From: an uncultured archaeon
Lineage (GTDB): Archaea > Asgardarchaeota > Lokiarchaeia > Sigyniarchaeales > SOKP01
NCBI GenBank assembly: GCA_964447495.1
Contig: CAYUTF010000003.1
Location: 1-64,000 of the forward strand
Length of the DNA stretch: 64,000 nucleotides
Direction: 5' to 3'
In this document: piece by piece, positions 1-9,584 of the stretch
Layout: each line of letters starts with the position of its first letter
Position numbering within the stretch: the stretch's first letter is position 1
Made by a program: the position numbers and the translations under genes
The notes under the pieces: model-generated
Database searches by the model: none
The model's input: only the letters and a program-made list of their open reading frames with translations
What the model was told of the DNA's origin: nothing

Positions 1-253
1 CATCTCTTTTTAATTTTGAGAGAATTGGATAAATAGTACCTGATTGAGCTTCCCACGTTCCTGCAAAATGATTATTTAAAATATAAATTAAATCATATCC
101 CGAGATTTGTTGATAATTAAATATTGTTTCGATAATTGTAAATTCGAGAGGGGTTAACTTGCTCTTTTTTATATTGGTAAAGATTTGTTTTTCGATTTTT
201 GAGCGTAATTCATTAATATCCTCCTCCAAATCTAAAAATTTTCCTAACCACAA
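1..253 (-). CDS. PadR-family transcriptional regulator (partial, runs off window start)
   Basis: Manually translated from TTG at 253: LWLGKFLDLEEDINELRSKIEK...LEFTIIETIFNYQQISGYDLIYILNNHFAGTWEAQSGTIYPILSKLKRD. SGYDL and GTIYPIL are PadR wHTH motifs. Not in the ORF track. Confidence 0.85.
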   Translation of the reverse strand, partial: MWLGKFLDLEEDINELRSKIEKQIFTNIKKSKLTPLEFTIIETIFNYQQISGYDLIYILNNHFAGTWEAQSGTIYPILSKLKRD

Positions 254-277
254 TTCTTCCCAAACTCCATTTTAATT

Positions 278-790
278 TTATGATTTAAGTCTTTTTTTCA
301 TTTTTTCTAACTCCTTCTCAATTGCTCTTGTTCTTTTAGAGTATAGTTTCCCATGTTCATCAATCTTTCTCTGGTAATAAAGAAGATAAGTAACGATATG
401 AAATATTAGTGCTATTCCCCAAAAAATAATAGGATATAAAACCCACAAGATTTCTGGAAGAGTAAAAACATTAATTAATATAAGGAGTAGGATAGTAAAT
501 AAATAAGCGTCTAAGTGAAATATTACGCTCCTTTTAGCCATCGGAAACACTCCTCTTGCATATAAAATGTAAGAGAGAGTATGGATCGAAACTCCTATTA
601 ACCAACCAAAGAAAGGATAAATTATCCATAAATGTAAAGGAGAAGAGACTAAATTGATGATTAAAAGAAGAGTCGAAACTATTAAATACACACTTAAATG
701 TATTCTAACAGAATATCTGAAGTTTACCTTCTGTTGAGCAATTTTTCTTAGACTTTCCTCTGAAAAACCATTATAAAATACTTTTCTCAC
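278..790 (-). CDS. Membrane protein with two tandem 2TM domains
   Basis: Two repeats of the H-L-x-x-Y...L-I-N...W-x-x-Y-P...W-G/L-I-x-x-x-x-H pattern. Probable GTG start at 790 (ORF track extends to 916). Confidence 0.7.
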   Translation of the reverse strand: MRKVFYNGFSEESLRKIAQQKVNFRYSVRIHLSVYLIVSTLLLIINLVSSPLHLWIIYPFFGWLIGVSIHTLSYILYARGVFPMAKRSVIFHLDAYLFTILLLILINVFTLPEILWVLYPIIFWGIALIFHIVTYLLYYQRKIDEHGKLYSKRTRAIEKELEKMKKRLKS

Positions 791-986
791 CTTTAGAATG
801 ATAATTGTATTTTTAAATTGATAAAATTTAGAATTATAGATAGATTCAACAATTGATATGTAGAATAGACAATAAAAGTTTTTAAATCTTATCAAGATGA
901 TTAAAAGTATCAACATTATGATAAATAGGATAAAATTTTAATAGGTGAAATTATATCTATTTTAAATCCATAAGTTAATTGATGTT

Positions 987-1637
987 ATGTCTGCATTATC
1001 GGAATATCTTGAAAAGTTAGAGGATTGGGATAATAGAACTTTCTTGAGTTTATATAATAGTGATTTTAGCCATCGAACTAAAGCTTTCGCTAAAAAATTT
1101 TCCTTTTTTGGAAGTTTATTCTTCTGGGGAGGGGTCTGGTTGGTATGGTGGTTGTATAGTTATATAACAAAGGATTATTATTTACTTGTAATATTCACTA
1201 GTGGCTTTGAGCAGTCAATTTTAATCCATATTCTTATTCGTTATAAAATTGTTAAAAGAAATCGGCCATTCATAGCCCTTAAAAATGAGGGTGTACAAAA
1301 ACATGATGCTTACATAAGAATCCCTTATGTGATGTCAGATTCCGAACATAAATCCTTTCCCAGTGGCCACGTTACCTTTTTCCTATTTTTTGGTATCATC
1401 TTTGCTTGGTATTTTAATAGTTGGCTTATTATTTCAATTTTTATAGCACTTGATATTATAATGGCAGGTTCTCGTATAATATTAGGAGTTCATTATCCTA
1501 CAGATGTGTTATTCGGATTTGTGTTTGCGATTATTTATGCTTTCTTATTTCTTGGATTCACGTATAATTACTGGGTTATATTTTATTATTGGATTGGTCC
1601 GATTTTCTCAGACATAGTACATTTTAGATTTCTATGA
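987..1637 (+). CDS. PAP2-family membrane phosphatase
   Basis: KRNRP, SFPSGH and SRIILGVHYPTDV motifs; hydrophobic helices. Confidence 0.9.
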   Translation: MSALSEYLEKLEDWDNRTFLSLYNSDFSHRTKAFAKKFSFFGSLFFWGGVWLVWWLYSYITKDYYLLVIFTSGFEQSILIHILIRYKIVKRNRPFIALKNEGVQKHDAYIRIPYVMSDSEHKSFPSGHVTFFLFFGIIFAWYFNSWLIISIFIALDIIMAGSRIILGVHYPTDVLFGFVFAIIYAFLFLGFTYNYWVIFYYWIGPIFSDIVHFRFL

Positions 1638-1740
1638 TTATATTTGATGCGATAAAATAAAAATAATGAAGTTAATAAGAATCGCTTTATATTTTACTTT
1701 CATAAACAAATTATATTTAGTAAAGACAGTTTAAGTCAAA

Positions 1741-2418
1741 ATGATTAATAAAAAATCAATTGGACCTACGTGTCATAAATGTAATAGCATTCAGTATTGT
1801 ACCATAGGAAAACCCAATGAAAATATTTCTAACTGCCCCATGATAGAAAAAAAAGAGTTAGAAGAACAAGCTATACATATCTATAATTCTGAAGAAAATA
1901 TTCAAAAATCTACAAGAGTCGCATCAATAATAGAAGCAAAAGGTTATATTGAATGGCCTCGCTTAAGAGATACGATTGAATATGCAAAAGGTATGAATTA
2001 TACTAAAATTGGATTAGCATTTTGCATAGGATTAATGAATGAAGCCAGAAAAATTGCGAAAATTTTAGAAAATGCTCACTTTAAAGTATACTCTGTATGC
2101 TGCAAAACAGGAAGTATTAAAAAGACTGATTTAGGTATCCCTAAGGAATATACAATGATTTCTAAAACAGGGTATACCATAGGCTGGATATCTTGCAATC
2201 CTGTTGCTCAAGCACTATTATTAAATGATTGTGACACTGATCTTAATTTAATTGTTGGTTTATGTGTTGGTCATGATATAACTTTTACTCAGCTATCAAA
2301 AGCACCTGTTTCTACCTTAATAGCGAAAGATAGATCCTCCCCTCATAATCCTGCATTAGTGTTATATTCACATTATGGAGAAAAAGTAATTGAAGCAGGA
2401 TTTAAAAAAGATAGATAA
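1741..2418 (+). CDS. DUF1847-family Cys-rich metal-binding protein
   Basis: IGLAFCIGL, SVCCKTG, CNPVAQA and GLCVGHD motifs. Confidence 0.85.
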   Translation: MINKKSIGPTCHKCNSIQYCTIGKPNENISNCPMIEKKELEEQAIHIYNSEENIQKSTRVASIIEAKGYIEWPRLRDTIEYAKGMNYTKIGLAFCIGLMNEARKIAKILENAHFKVYSVCCKTGSIKKTDLGIPKEYTMISKTGYTIGWISCNPVAQALLLNDCDTDLNLIVGLCVGHDITFTQLSKAPVSTLIAKDRSSPHNPALVLYSHYGEKVIEAGFKKDR

Positions 2419-2470
2419 ATCGAAATAAAAAACTAAAAGTTTCTCAAAAAGATAAATCGGATTAGACTAA

Positions 2471-3004
2471 TTAAAACCAGTCTATAAACTCATCTAAGGG
2501 TCTTCTCTCATCATCTCCTTTTTCCTTTGCTTCCATAGATTTATCAATTACTCCAACGGTGATAACACACATCAATTCATATTTATCTGGAGATAACTTA
2601 AAAATCTCATTAACTTTTTCCTTATTTTTTAAAATCTCACCTATCCAGACAGCTCCTAAACCTTTTGCGTGTACTGCTAGAAGAATATTTTGAACAAAAG
2701 CACCAATAGCTTGGATATCTTTAGTTCTGTCATATCCTCTTTCTAAATCTAAGAAAATTACAAAATTAAGGAAAGCACTTTCAATAATTCCCCCATATTT
2801 TGATTGTTCTCCAATCATACGCTTAACCGTAGGGTGAGCCACTATACATACCTTCCAAGGTTGAGTGTTCATACCCGAAGGTGCCCATCGTCCACAATCT
2901 AAGATCTCTCGTATTGTTTGATTATCTATTTTTTGATATATGAAATTTCTGACTGATCTTCTCGATCTTATAAGATTCAATAAATCATTTGATTTTGATT
3001 CCAT
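2471..3004 (-). CDS. Nitroreductase family protein
   Basis: RRSVRNF, APSGMNTQPW, QNILLAVHAKGLGAVWIG. Confidence 0.92.
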   Translation of the reverse strand: MESKSNDLLNLIRSRRSVRNFIYQKIDNQTIREILDCGRWAPSGMNTQPWKVCIVAHPTVKRMIGEQSKYGGIIESAFLNFVIFLDLERGYDRTKDIQAIGAFVQNILLAVHAKGLGAVWIGEILKNKEKVNEIFKLSPDKYELMCVITVGVIDKSMEAKEKGDDERRPLDEFIDWF

Positions 3005-3103
3005 AATTTAAAAAATGGGTTTCAACTCAATATATATTTTTCCTAAATATGAGTATCATATCATTTAAAAAAAGATTTTATTATTTCTTTGATTGAAATA
3101 TAT

Positions 3104-4771
3104 ATGCGTGAGAAAGACTTTCAATGGTGGCAAAAAACTCTTGTGTATCAGATATATCCTCGCTCTTTTCGAGATAGTAGTGGCAATGGTATAGGGGATC
3201 TAAAAGGTATTATAGAGAAATTAGATTATTTAGAGGCTTTAGGGATTGAAACAGTTTGGTTTAGCCCTTTTTTTAAATCTCCTCAAAAAGATCATGGCTA
3301 TGATGTTTCAGATTTTCGAGATATTGATCCTGATTATGGAACTATGAATGATTTTGAGCTTTTATTAAAAGAGATGCATGAAAGAAATATCAAGATGGTA
3401 TTAGATCTAGTTCTCAATCACACATCTGATGAACATCCCTGGTTTAAAGAGTCTGCTTCAAATAGAGATAATCCAAAGAGAGATTGGTATATATGGCGTG
3501 ATGGAAAGAAATCTAAAGGGAAAAAGCCACCAAATAATTGGAAAGCTTTACCAGGAGGACGAGCTTGGAAATATGATCAAAAAACAGAGCAATGGTATTA
3601 TTTTCACTTTTTACCATTCCAACCAGATTTAAATTACCGTAATCCAAAAGTAAAGGAAAAAATATTCAATATGATTAGATTCTGGTTGGATAAGGGGGTA
3701 GATGGATTTCGTTTGGATATATTGCACTCGATTTATGAAGATGAGTCATTTAGAGATGATAAATTTAGTTGGCATGTGTTACCATCGGATAAGCATGTAG
3801 CTTCCCTTTTTCGGAAGCATCTATATGATTTAAACCTTCCAGAAACTTTTAACTTTGCAATGGAATTAAGAAACGTGATAGACAAGTATAAACCAGAACG
3901 ATTTTTAGTTGGAGAAGTGTTCGGCTCGATTGAAGAACTAAGAAAATATTATGGCCCAAGAAATAATGGCTTGAATATGTGCTTCTTATTTGAATATTCT
4001 GATTCCAAAATTAAGCCCAAAGCTTATAAGGAAGTAATTTCAAGAATAGAAAAGTCCTTACCTCATCCTTATACTCCTACTTACGTATATGGTAATCATG
4101 ATAGGATGCGCTATATCTCGCGTATTAAGAATGATACAAAGAAAGCAAAGCTATTAGCGACGCTGCAACTTTCATTAAGGGGAGTCCCATTTATTTATTA
4201 TGGAGAAGAAATTGGAATGAGAAATGTGGATTTTGAATTGAAGACAAGTCAAGACCCAATAGGGAGAAAGTTTTCTAAATTCCCTATTCCACTTATAGCA
4301 AAATTGTTTGGTTTATCTTTAACTCGAGATGGTTGTCGAACTCCAATGCAGTGGGATTCTACACCACAAGCAGGTTTTAGTAGCAATGAGACGTCTAAAA
4401 CATGGCTAAAAATTCCCGATTCTTATAAAAAGATTAATATTGAAAAAGAAAGGAAAAATCCTAGTTCTCTATTGAATTGCTATAGACGTTTATTAAAAGT
4501 GCGAAAAGATCAAAGGATTTTATCTGAAGGCTTATTTGAACTCATTGAAGTGAATAAAAATAAGGCGAAATCTTTAACTTATAAGCGATTTAGTGAGAAT
4601 AACCAAATCTATATATATCTAAATTTTTCTAAAAAACAATTATTAATGAGTTGTCCAGTAAAAAAACCTGATTTATTATTTTCAACATTATCTAATAGAG
4701 TCTCGTTAGATATTGAAGCATATGGTGGAAGTATTAAACTTACTCCATTCGAAGGAATTATATTCAAATAA
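3104..4771 (+). CDS. GH13 alpha-glucosidase / oligo-1,6-glucosidase
   Basis: YQIYPRSF, DLVLNHTS, GFRLD (nucleophile), VGE, NHD, YYGEEIGM, RDGCRTPMQW. ATG start at 3104. Confidence 0.93.
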   Translation: MREKDFQWWQKTLVYQIYPRSFRDSSGNGIGDLKGIIEKLDYLEALGIETVWFSPFFKSPQKDHGYDVSDFRDIDPDYGTMNDFELLLKEMHERNIKMVLDLVLNHTSDEHPWFKESASNRDNPKRDWYIWRDGKKSKGKKPPNNWKALPGGRAWKYDQKTEQWYYFHFLPFQPDLNYRNPKVKEKIFNMIRFWLDKGVDGFRLDILHSIYEDESFRDDKFSWHVLPSDKHVASLFRKHLYDLNLPETFNFAMELRNVIDKYKPERFLVGEVFGSIEELRKYYGPRNNGLNMCFLFEYSDSKIKPKAYKEVISRIEKSLPHPYTPTYVYGNHDRMRYISRIKNDTKKAKLLATLQLSLRGVPFIYYGEEIGMRNVDFELKTSQDPIGRKFSKFPIPLIAKLFGLSLTRDGCRTPMQWDSTPQAGFSSNETSKTWLKIPDSYKKINIEKERKNPSSLLNCYRRLLKVRKDQRILSEGLFELIEVNKNKAKSLTYKRFSENNQIYIYLNFSKKQLLMSCPVKKPDLLFSTLSNRVSLDIEAYGGSIKLTPFEGIIFK

Positions 4772-4794
4772 AAAGAAAAACAAAAAAAAAGGAA

Positions 4795-5334
4795 TTATTT
4801 ATTTTTTATATCTTTTGCGTCATCCTCAATTTTATCATAGTATTCGATGTCCATGAGACCGCCTGATCGTTCTTCCCTCCAATGGGCCTTTATCGGCATC
4901 CCTACATAAGTATCTTTTACATCTATATCTGGATGTAATTCCGCGATATTGGACGTATCACTGCCATCATGATGGACCAAAACCATCGGTCTTTCTTTAA
5001 TTTCTCCCGTTTCAGAATCCTTTAAATAGGCAATGGCATAAGTTGATACACTAGCTGTATCCCTTATATCAACCCATTTATCAGGTTTCACTAAACATTT
5101 ACCGCATACTAATCTAGGGGGATAAAACACTCGATTACACCCAGAACATCTATTTGCTACAAGCTTTTTCTCTTTTAATTTATCTAAAAATGGTTTCATG
5201 TGAGTTATGTTGAATTTATATTTGTAACTAGTAAGATGCCAGGTTGCGGGCATGGTGCGGGTTCTTACATAATCCTTTTTCACATAATCTAATGATTTTC
5301 TCTGAGTCATTTTTGACATCTTTTTCACCTCCAT
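4795..5334 (-). CDS. DUF35 (Zn-ribbon + OB-fold) acyl-CoA-binding partner of thiolase-like proteins
   Basis: CSGC...PPRLVCGKC, then an OB-fold ending VGMPIKAHW; last gene of the thiolase-like operon. Confidence 0.85.
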   Translation of the reverse strand: MEVKKMSKMTQRKSLDYVKKDYVRTRTMPATWHLTSYKYKFNITHMKPFLDKLKEKKLVANRCSGCNRVFYPPRLVCGKCLVKPDKWVDIRDTASVSTYAIAYLKDSETGEIKERPMVLVHHDGSDTSNIAELHPDIDVKDTYVGMPIKAHWREERSGGLMDIEYYDKIEDDAKDIKNK

Positions 5335-6572
5335 TTTCTTTGGGGTTGATCAGACATAGCCATCAATGTAATAAGATTCAGGCTACCACCCCATCCCGAT
5401 CCTATAGAAGTATGAACTGTTTTGGGTACTTGATTGCTTGCTTTTCCCATAATTTGAAGAGCAGCTTCAGCAGGTCTTTCCATAGCAGAAGCACCTATTG
5501 CATTGGTGGAGTTTACACCCCCTGAGCAATTAACAGGTAATTCTCCCTTTAATGCAGTGACACCATTCTTATACATTTCAGGAGCGGTCGTTTCCTCAAA
5601 AAGCCCTAGTTTCTCTGTCCATAAGAGCTCTTGATTTGGAAAAGGTGCATACACTTCAGCATAATCAATTTCCTTTCTGGGAAATGAAATTCCTGCTTGC
5701 GCATAGGCTAATTCGGAGGATCTGATTGCACCTAATTGCATAGAGGGATCAACTTGAGCCGATCCCCCACCATCATATCCTAATACTGCACTTTCATTGG
5801 CAACGCTCGCCACACCATTAACATATACCGGGATATCACACATATCTTTTGCCTTTTCTTCTGTGGTAAAAAGCATCGCACAAGCACCATCACTTGCTGG
5901 ACATACCATCCCATATCGTAAAGGATATTGAACATAGGGCGTATCTAAAACATCTTCGATAGTTAAATTTGGCATTTTTAAGTGAGCCCACCATGTTTTT
6001 GCTGCATTATGTCGGTTTTGGACAACTACTCTTGCTAAATCTTCTTCGGTAATTCTTGTTTTGTTCATATATGTTGTGGCTTGATAAGCGGCAACTCCAA
6101 TTGCAGCTCCAGCTGATAGAAGACGTGTTATTTGATCATAAGAAATCCCAAGAGTATTTAAAATAGAAATTTCACCGTATGCAACGCTAGCTAAACCAAC
6201 ACTCGTGTCACCTTGAGATTGTTGTTCAAAGGCAACTGCTAAAACGGTATCAATACCGGGCAATCCTGCGGTCACCGTATAATACCCTGCGATTGCCACA
6301 CTACCACCCGTGGTTCCACCCGTGGTCACTCGCATTAGGGGTTTGTTTCGGGCTCCCATCCAATCAGTCATCCATAATTCAGGGATATTAGAGCCCTCAA
6401 AAGCTGGCATATTCCCATTAACATAGGCGTTAATATCATCAAATCCTACGCTTGGTACCTTCTTTAAACAATCTTCAACTGCTTCGCTGACCAATTCTCC
6501 CATATTGACATCTGAACGTTTTGATGCATGTTCACTAAATCCTGCAGATACAATTGCTACTTGTTTTCCCAT
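5325..6572 (-). CDS. SCPx-type thiolase-fold protein, Ltp3-like (probable retro-aldolase)
   Basis: FEGSNIPEL, RVTTGGTTGGS, CPASDGACA, AEVYAPF, VNCSGG...NAIGAS; closely parallels actinobacterial Ltp3 motifs as I recall them. Confidence 0.8.
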   Translation of the reverse strand: MGKQVAIVSAGFSEHASKRSDVNMGELVSEAVEDCLKKVPSVGFDDINAYVNGNMPAFEGSNIPELWMTDWMGARNKPLMRVTTGGTTGGSVAIAGYYTVTAGLPGIDTVLAVAFEQQSQGDTSVGLASVAYGEISILNTLGISYDQITRLLSAGAAIGVAAYQATTYMNKTRITEEDLARVVVQNRHNAAKTWWAHLKMPNLTIEDVLDTPYVQYPLRYGMVCPASDGACAMLFTTEEKAKDMCDIPVYVNGVASVANESAVLGYDGGGSAQVDPSMQLGAIRSSELAYAQAGISFPRKEIDYAEVYAPFPNQELLWTEKLGLFEETTAPEMYKNGVTALKGELPVNCSGGVNSTNAIGASAMERPAEAALQIMGKASNQVPKTVHTSIGSGWGGSLNLITLMAMSDQPQRKWR

Positions 6573-6574
6573 TT

Positions 6575-7717
6575 TTAATTACCTCCTTCTAATACATATA
6601 ATATACTATTTTGGGCGCACATCCCGATTTGACCCGAAGCGATAGCTTTTTTAACACCATTAACCTGATAAGTTCCAGCCTCTCCATTAAGTTGTTTTGA
6701 AGCTTCAATGATTCGAATAAGACCGGTCCCGCAAGGGGGATTACCTCCAATTGCCCCTCCAGAAGGGTTAATTGGTAAATCTCCTTTAATGTTTGTGTTT
6801 AACTCGGGTGCTTTACCTCTATCCGCTAGTTTTAAAGCTTCGGTAAAGATTAATTCCTCGTGAGCATAAGCCTCGTACAATTCAGCAACTTGGATTTCCT
6901 TACGTGGATCCTTAATACCAGCAGCATTATATGCCATTTTTCCTGCCAATTCGAGAGATTTAGATCCAGATAGATCTCTATCACCAAGATAATAAGTTTC
7001 CTGATTCCAACCAACTCCTGTTATCCATACGGGATTATCAGTGATCTTTCGAGCTTGCTTTTCAGGAGCTAATAATAATGCAGCTACTCCATCACATGGT
7101 TGGGCAACCATTAACTCAGTAACAGGATCAGCATAAATATCTGAATTTAAAACATCTTTAACGGTAATATTTTGATTTTGGGCTTCTTCTAAAGCTAAAG
7201 CGTTTTTGGCAGCATTTTTCCTATTTTTTACAGCAACATTAGCAACCTCTTCCTTAGACACACCATATTTTTCCATATAGGCTCTCATTTGAAATCCGGC
7301 AGCAGTAATATCATTTACATAAGCCAATGGTCTTTCCCAGGTTGGGTCTGTTTCATATAAGCGTGTAGTATGATAGGGAAAACAAGAAGGCATACTTCCC
7401 CCCCATACTACAGCAAGTTTATGGTTTCCCGATAAAATTCTCAATAAACCATATAAAACTGCGTGTGCGCCATCCATTTCAACCTTGCTCTCATCAGCTA
7501 AATATCCTCCGCCTACTTCTACGGTAAAACAATTTGATATGGTACGACCATCATAATAATCGTTTGTACATGATATAACTGTTGTGATGTCTTTCTTTTT
7601 TAATCCTGCTTTATCAATAGCGCCTCTTACAGCTTCAAAAATCATTTCATATCGTCCATAATTCGCATCGGACTGTAATTTAACTTGATTATATCCTACT
7701 ATTCCTACTTTTTCCAT
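6575..7717 (-). CDS. SCPx-type thiolase-fold protein, Ltp4-like
   Basis: DYYDGRTIS, ESKVEMDG, DGVAALLL, NPVWITG, LGDRDL, INPSGG..GNP; parallels Ltp4 (ESHVEMDA). Confidence 0.8.
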   Translation of the reverse strand: MEKVGIVGYNQVKLQSDANYGRYEMIFEAVRGAIDKAGLKKKDITTVISCTNDYYDGRTISNCFTVEVGGGYLADESKVEMDGAHAVLYGLLRILSGNHKLAVVWGGSMPSCFPYHTTRLYETDPTWERPLAYVNDITAAGFQMRAYMEKYGVSKEEVANVAVKNRKNAAKNALALEEAQNQNITVKDVLNSDIYADPVTELMVAQPCDGVAALLLAPEKQARKITDNPVWITGVGWNQETYYLGDRDLSGSKSLELAGKMAYNAAGIKDPRKEIQVAELYEAYAHEELIFTEALKLADRGKAPELNTNIKGDLPINPSGGAIGGNPPCGTGLIRIIEASKQLNGEAGTYQVNGVKKAIASGQIGMCAQNSILYVLEGGN

Positions 7718-7733
7718 ATATTCCCTTCACTCC

Positions 7734-8195
7734 CTATACTTTTATAAAACCCTTTATATCGGAAGGGTCTCCTTTTGTATTATCTTCCCATTGAATCTTC
7801 ATTTTCATTCCGATTTTGACCTCCTCAGGTTCTAAATCCAATAATCTATAGACTAATCCCGTGCTACTCCCATCGATTTTGACTATGCCGATTATTTGAG
7901 GTTTTTTTACTTTTCTATCAGACCTGTCATTTATTTTATGATAAGTAATAGTATAATTCATTAATTCTCCTGTTTCAGGTAAATCAACCCAATTCTCTTC
8001 AAAAGGAATCACTATATTACATTTTCCACATATTTTTCTTGGTGGTACGAACACATCACCACATTTAGGGCATTCATTTCCGATAAGTTTTTTGTTTTCA
8101 AGGTTGTCATAGAATTTGTCGAGGAAAATTCCAACCCAGAATGCAAATTCGGCTTTAACCAAGCCCTTATTCGTGACAATAACTTTTTCGTCCAT
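7734..8195 (-). CDS. DUF35 (Zn-ribbon + OB-fold) protein
   Basis: CPKC..VFVPPRKICGKC, VKIGMKM. Probable start MDEKVIV at 8195. Confidence 0.85.
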   Translation of the reverse strand: MDEKVIVTNKGLVKAEFAFWVGIFLDKFYDNLENKKLIGNECPKCGDVFVPPRKICGKCNIVIPFEENWVDLPETGELMNYTITYHKINDRSDRKVKKPQIIGIVKIDGSSTGLVYRLLDLEPEEVKIGMKMKIQWEDNTKGDPSDIKGFIKV

Positions 8196-8307
8196 AATTT
8201 CATTCCTCTTTTTATAGATTTCTAATATTATGAAACATATTAATATCAAATTATTTTTCATCATATTTATAATTATAACTATAAGAAATGCTATACCCCC
8301 AATTAGA

Positions 8308-8354
8308 AGAAAAATTGCCGTTTTTCTCTAATGAAAGAAAAAGTCAGTTTTTCT
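8308..8354. promoter_or_regulatory. Two tandem inverted repeats AGAAAAA-N6/N5-TTTTTCT in a divergent intergenic region; putative operator
   Basis: AGAAAAA ttgccg TTTTTCT (8308-8327) and AGAAAAA gtcag TTTTTCT (8336-8354). Confidence 0.4.
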
Positions 8355-8482
8355 CCCAGTTTTTTGATTAATTATGAATTTTAAGGTGTTAATACTAGCG
8401 TATTATAGAGTTTTATTATAACATATTTTCTACATAATACATATATATTCAATTCAAGAAGAGAATATTAATTCGTATACCG

Positions 8483-8842
8483 GTGGAAGTGATATCTCAA
8501 TTGGGAAAATTTTGGAAAAAAGTTGATGATGAATTATTAAGCTCTGCAGAAGAGACCATGGGTTTTTCTCGAGAATTCTCTTCATTAGCAAACAGTTTTA
8601 TTATTAAGAAATATGATTTTTCCTCCATCGATCAAATCGAGGATATAAAAAATGAATTATTAAGCAGAAAAATCTTAATCATTAATGCAAAAGAAATCCT
8701 TCAAAATATAGATGTCACGAAACTAAAAAGAGGCATTGAAGATCTTAAAATATTCCTAAGAGAAAATGGAGGATCAATGGCCAGACTTGGGGATCAATAT
8801 CTTATTTTAACGCCAAATAAATTAGTTAAAATAGCAAACTAA
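8483..8842 (+). CDS. sepF: Archaeal SepF-family cell division protein
   Basis: IEDIKNELLSRKILIIN...LKRGIEDLK...GGSMARLGDQYLILTP matches the archaeal SepF core. Confidence 0.8.
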   Translation: MEVISQLGKFWKKVDDELLSSAEETMGFSREFSSLANSFIIKKYDFSSIDQIEDIKNELLSRKILIINAKEILQNIDVTKLKRGIEDLKIFLRENGGSMARLGDQYLILTPNKLVKIAN

Positions 8843-8962
8843 GGTATTACTTTATTTAGATAATAACTTCTTGGCATATGACAAGACTTTAATTTAGCTA
8901 TATCTTATAAAGAAAAATTACTTATTCATGCCATACTTTAAATTAGTAATTTCTTAAGCTTT

Positions 8963-9403
8963 TTGTATGTAAAAATTATGAATTCAAATAAATTATCTGG
9001 ATTGGAAATGTTAAGGAAGGTTATTAAGGGGGAATTGAAAGCCTCTATGGACGAAACTATTTCAGTAAAGATTGATTACGCAGAAAGAGGCTTAGTTTCG
9101 GGAACAATTATAGCTGGGATCGAGCATTTAAGCCTTAATAGAGGGGTTCATCATGGTTTCCACGCAAATGTTTTAAGTATAATAACGAATTACGCATTTC
9201 AGACGATGATAGGAGCAGGAGTTGGCTTTATTCCCTTGGATGTAAATACTAAGATACTACGTTTTCTCCCTACTAATAAAGAATTCATCATTGAAGGTAA
9301 GGTAATAGACATTTTCGATCATTTTGGTGTTTCTGAGGGTTCTATAAAAGATGGAGCAGGATGTATGTACGCACATGCTACTGCCTCATTCTATATTCCT
9401 TAA
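8963..9403 (+). CDS. PaaI-like hotdog-fold thioesterase (degenerate active site)
   Basis: SGLEML, EGKVI..GVSEG...YAHATA; canonical N..G.VHGG....LD appears as SLNRGVHHG....LS. Confidence 0.75.
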   Translation: MYVKIMNSNKLSGLEMLRKVIKGELKASMDETISVKIDYAERGLVSGTIIAGIEHLSLNRGVHHGFHANVLSIITNYAFQTMIGAGVGFIPLDVNTKILRFLPTNKEFIIEGKVIDIFDHFGVSEGSIKDGAGCMYAHATASFYIP

Positions 9404-9584
9404 TACAAAATTCATTTTTATTTTCCCTTTTTATTGGATCGTTCCCAATTTTTTTTCTAACTCGTATCCTTATATCTAGCTAAAAGTATTTTGTAATTTT
9501 AGAGATGTAGTTTTGATTATTTAAGGGGTGAAAAAAAATAAATGTTTATCATAATTTTAACCAATCAATAAATTTATTATCTTT

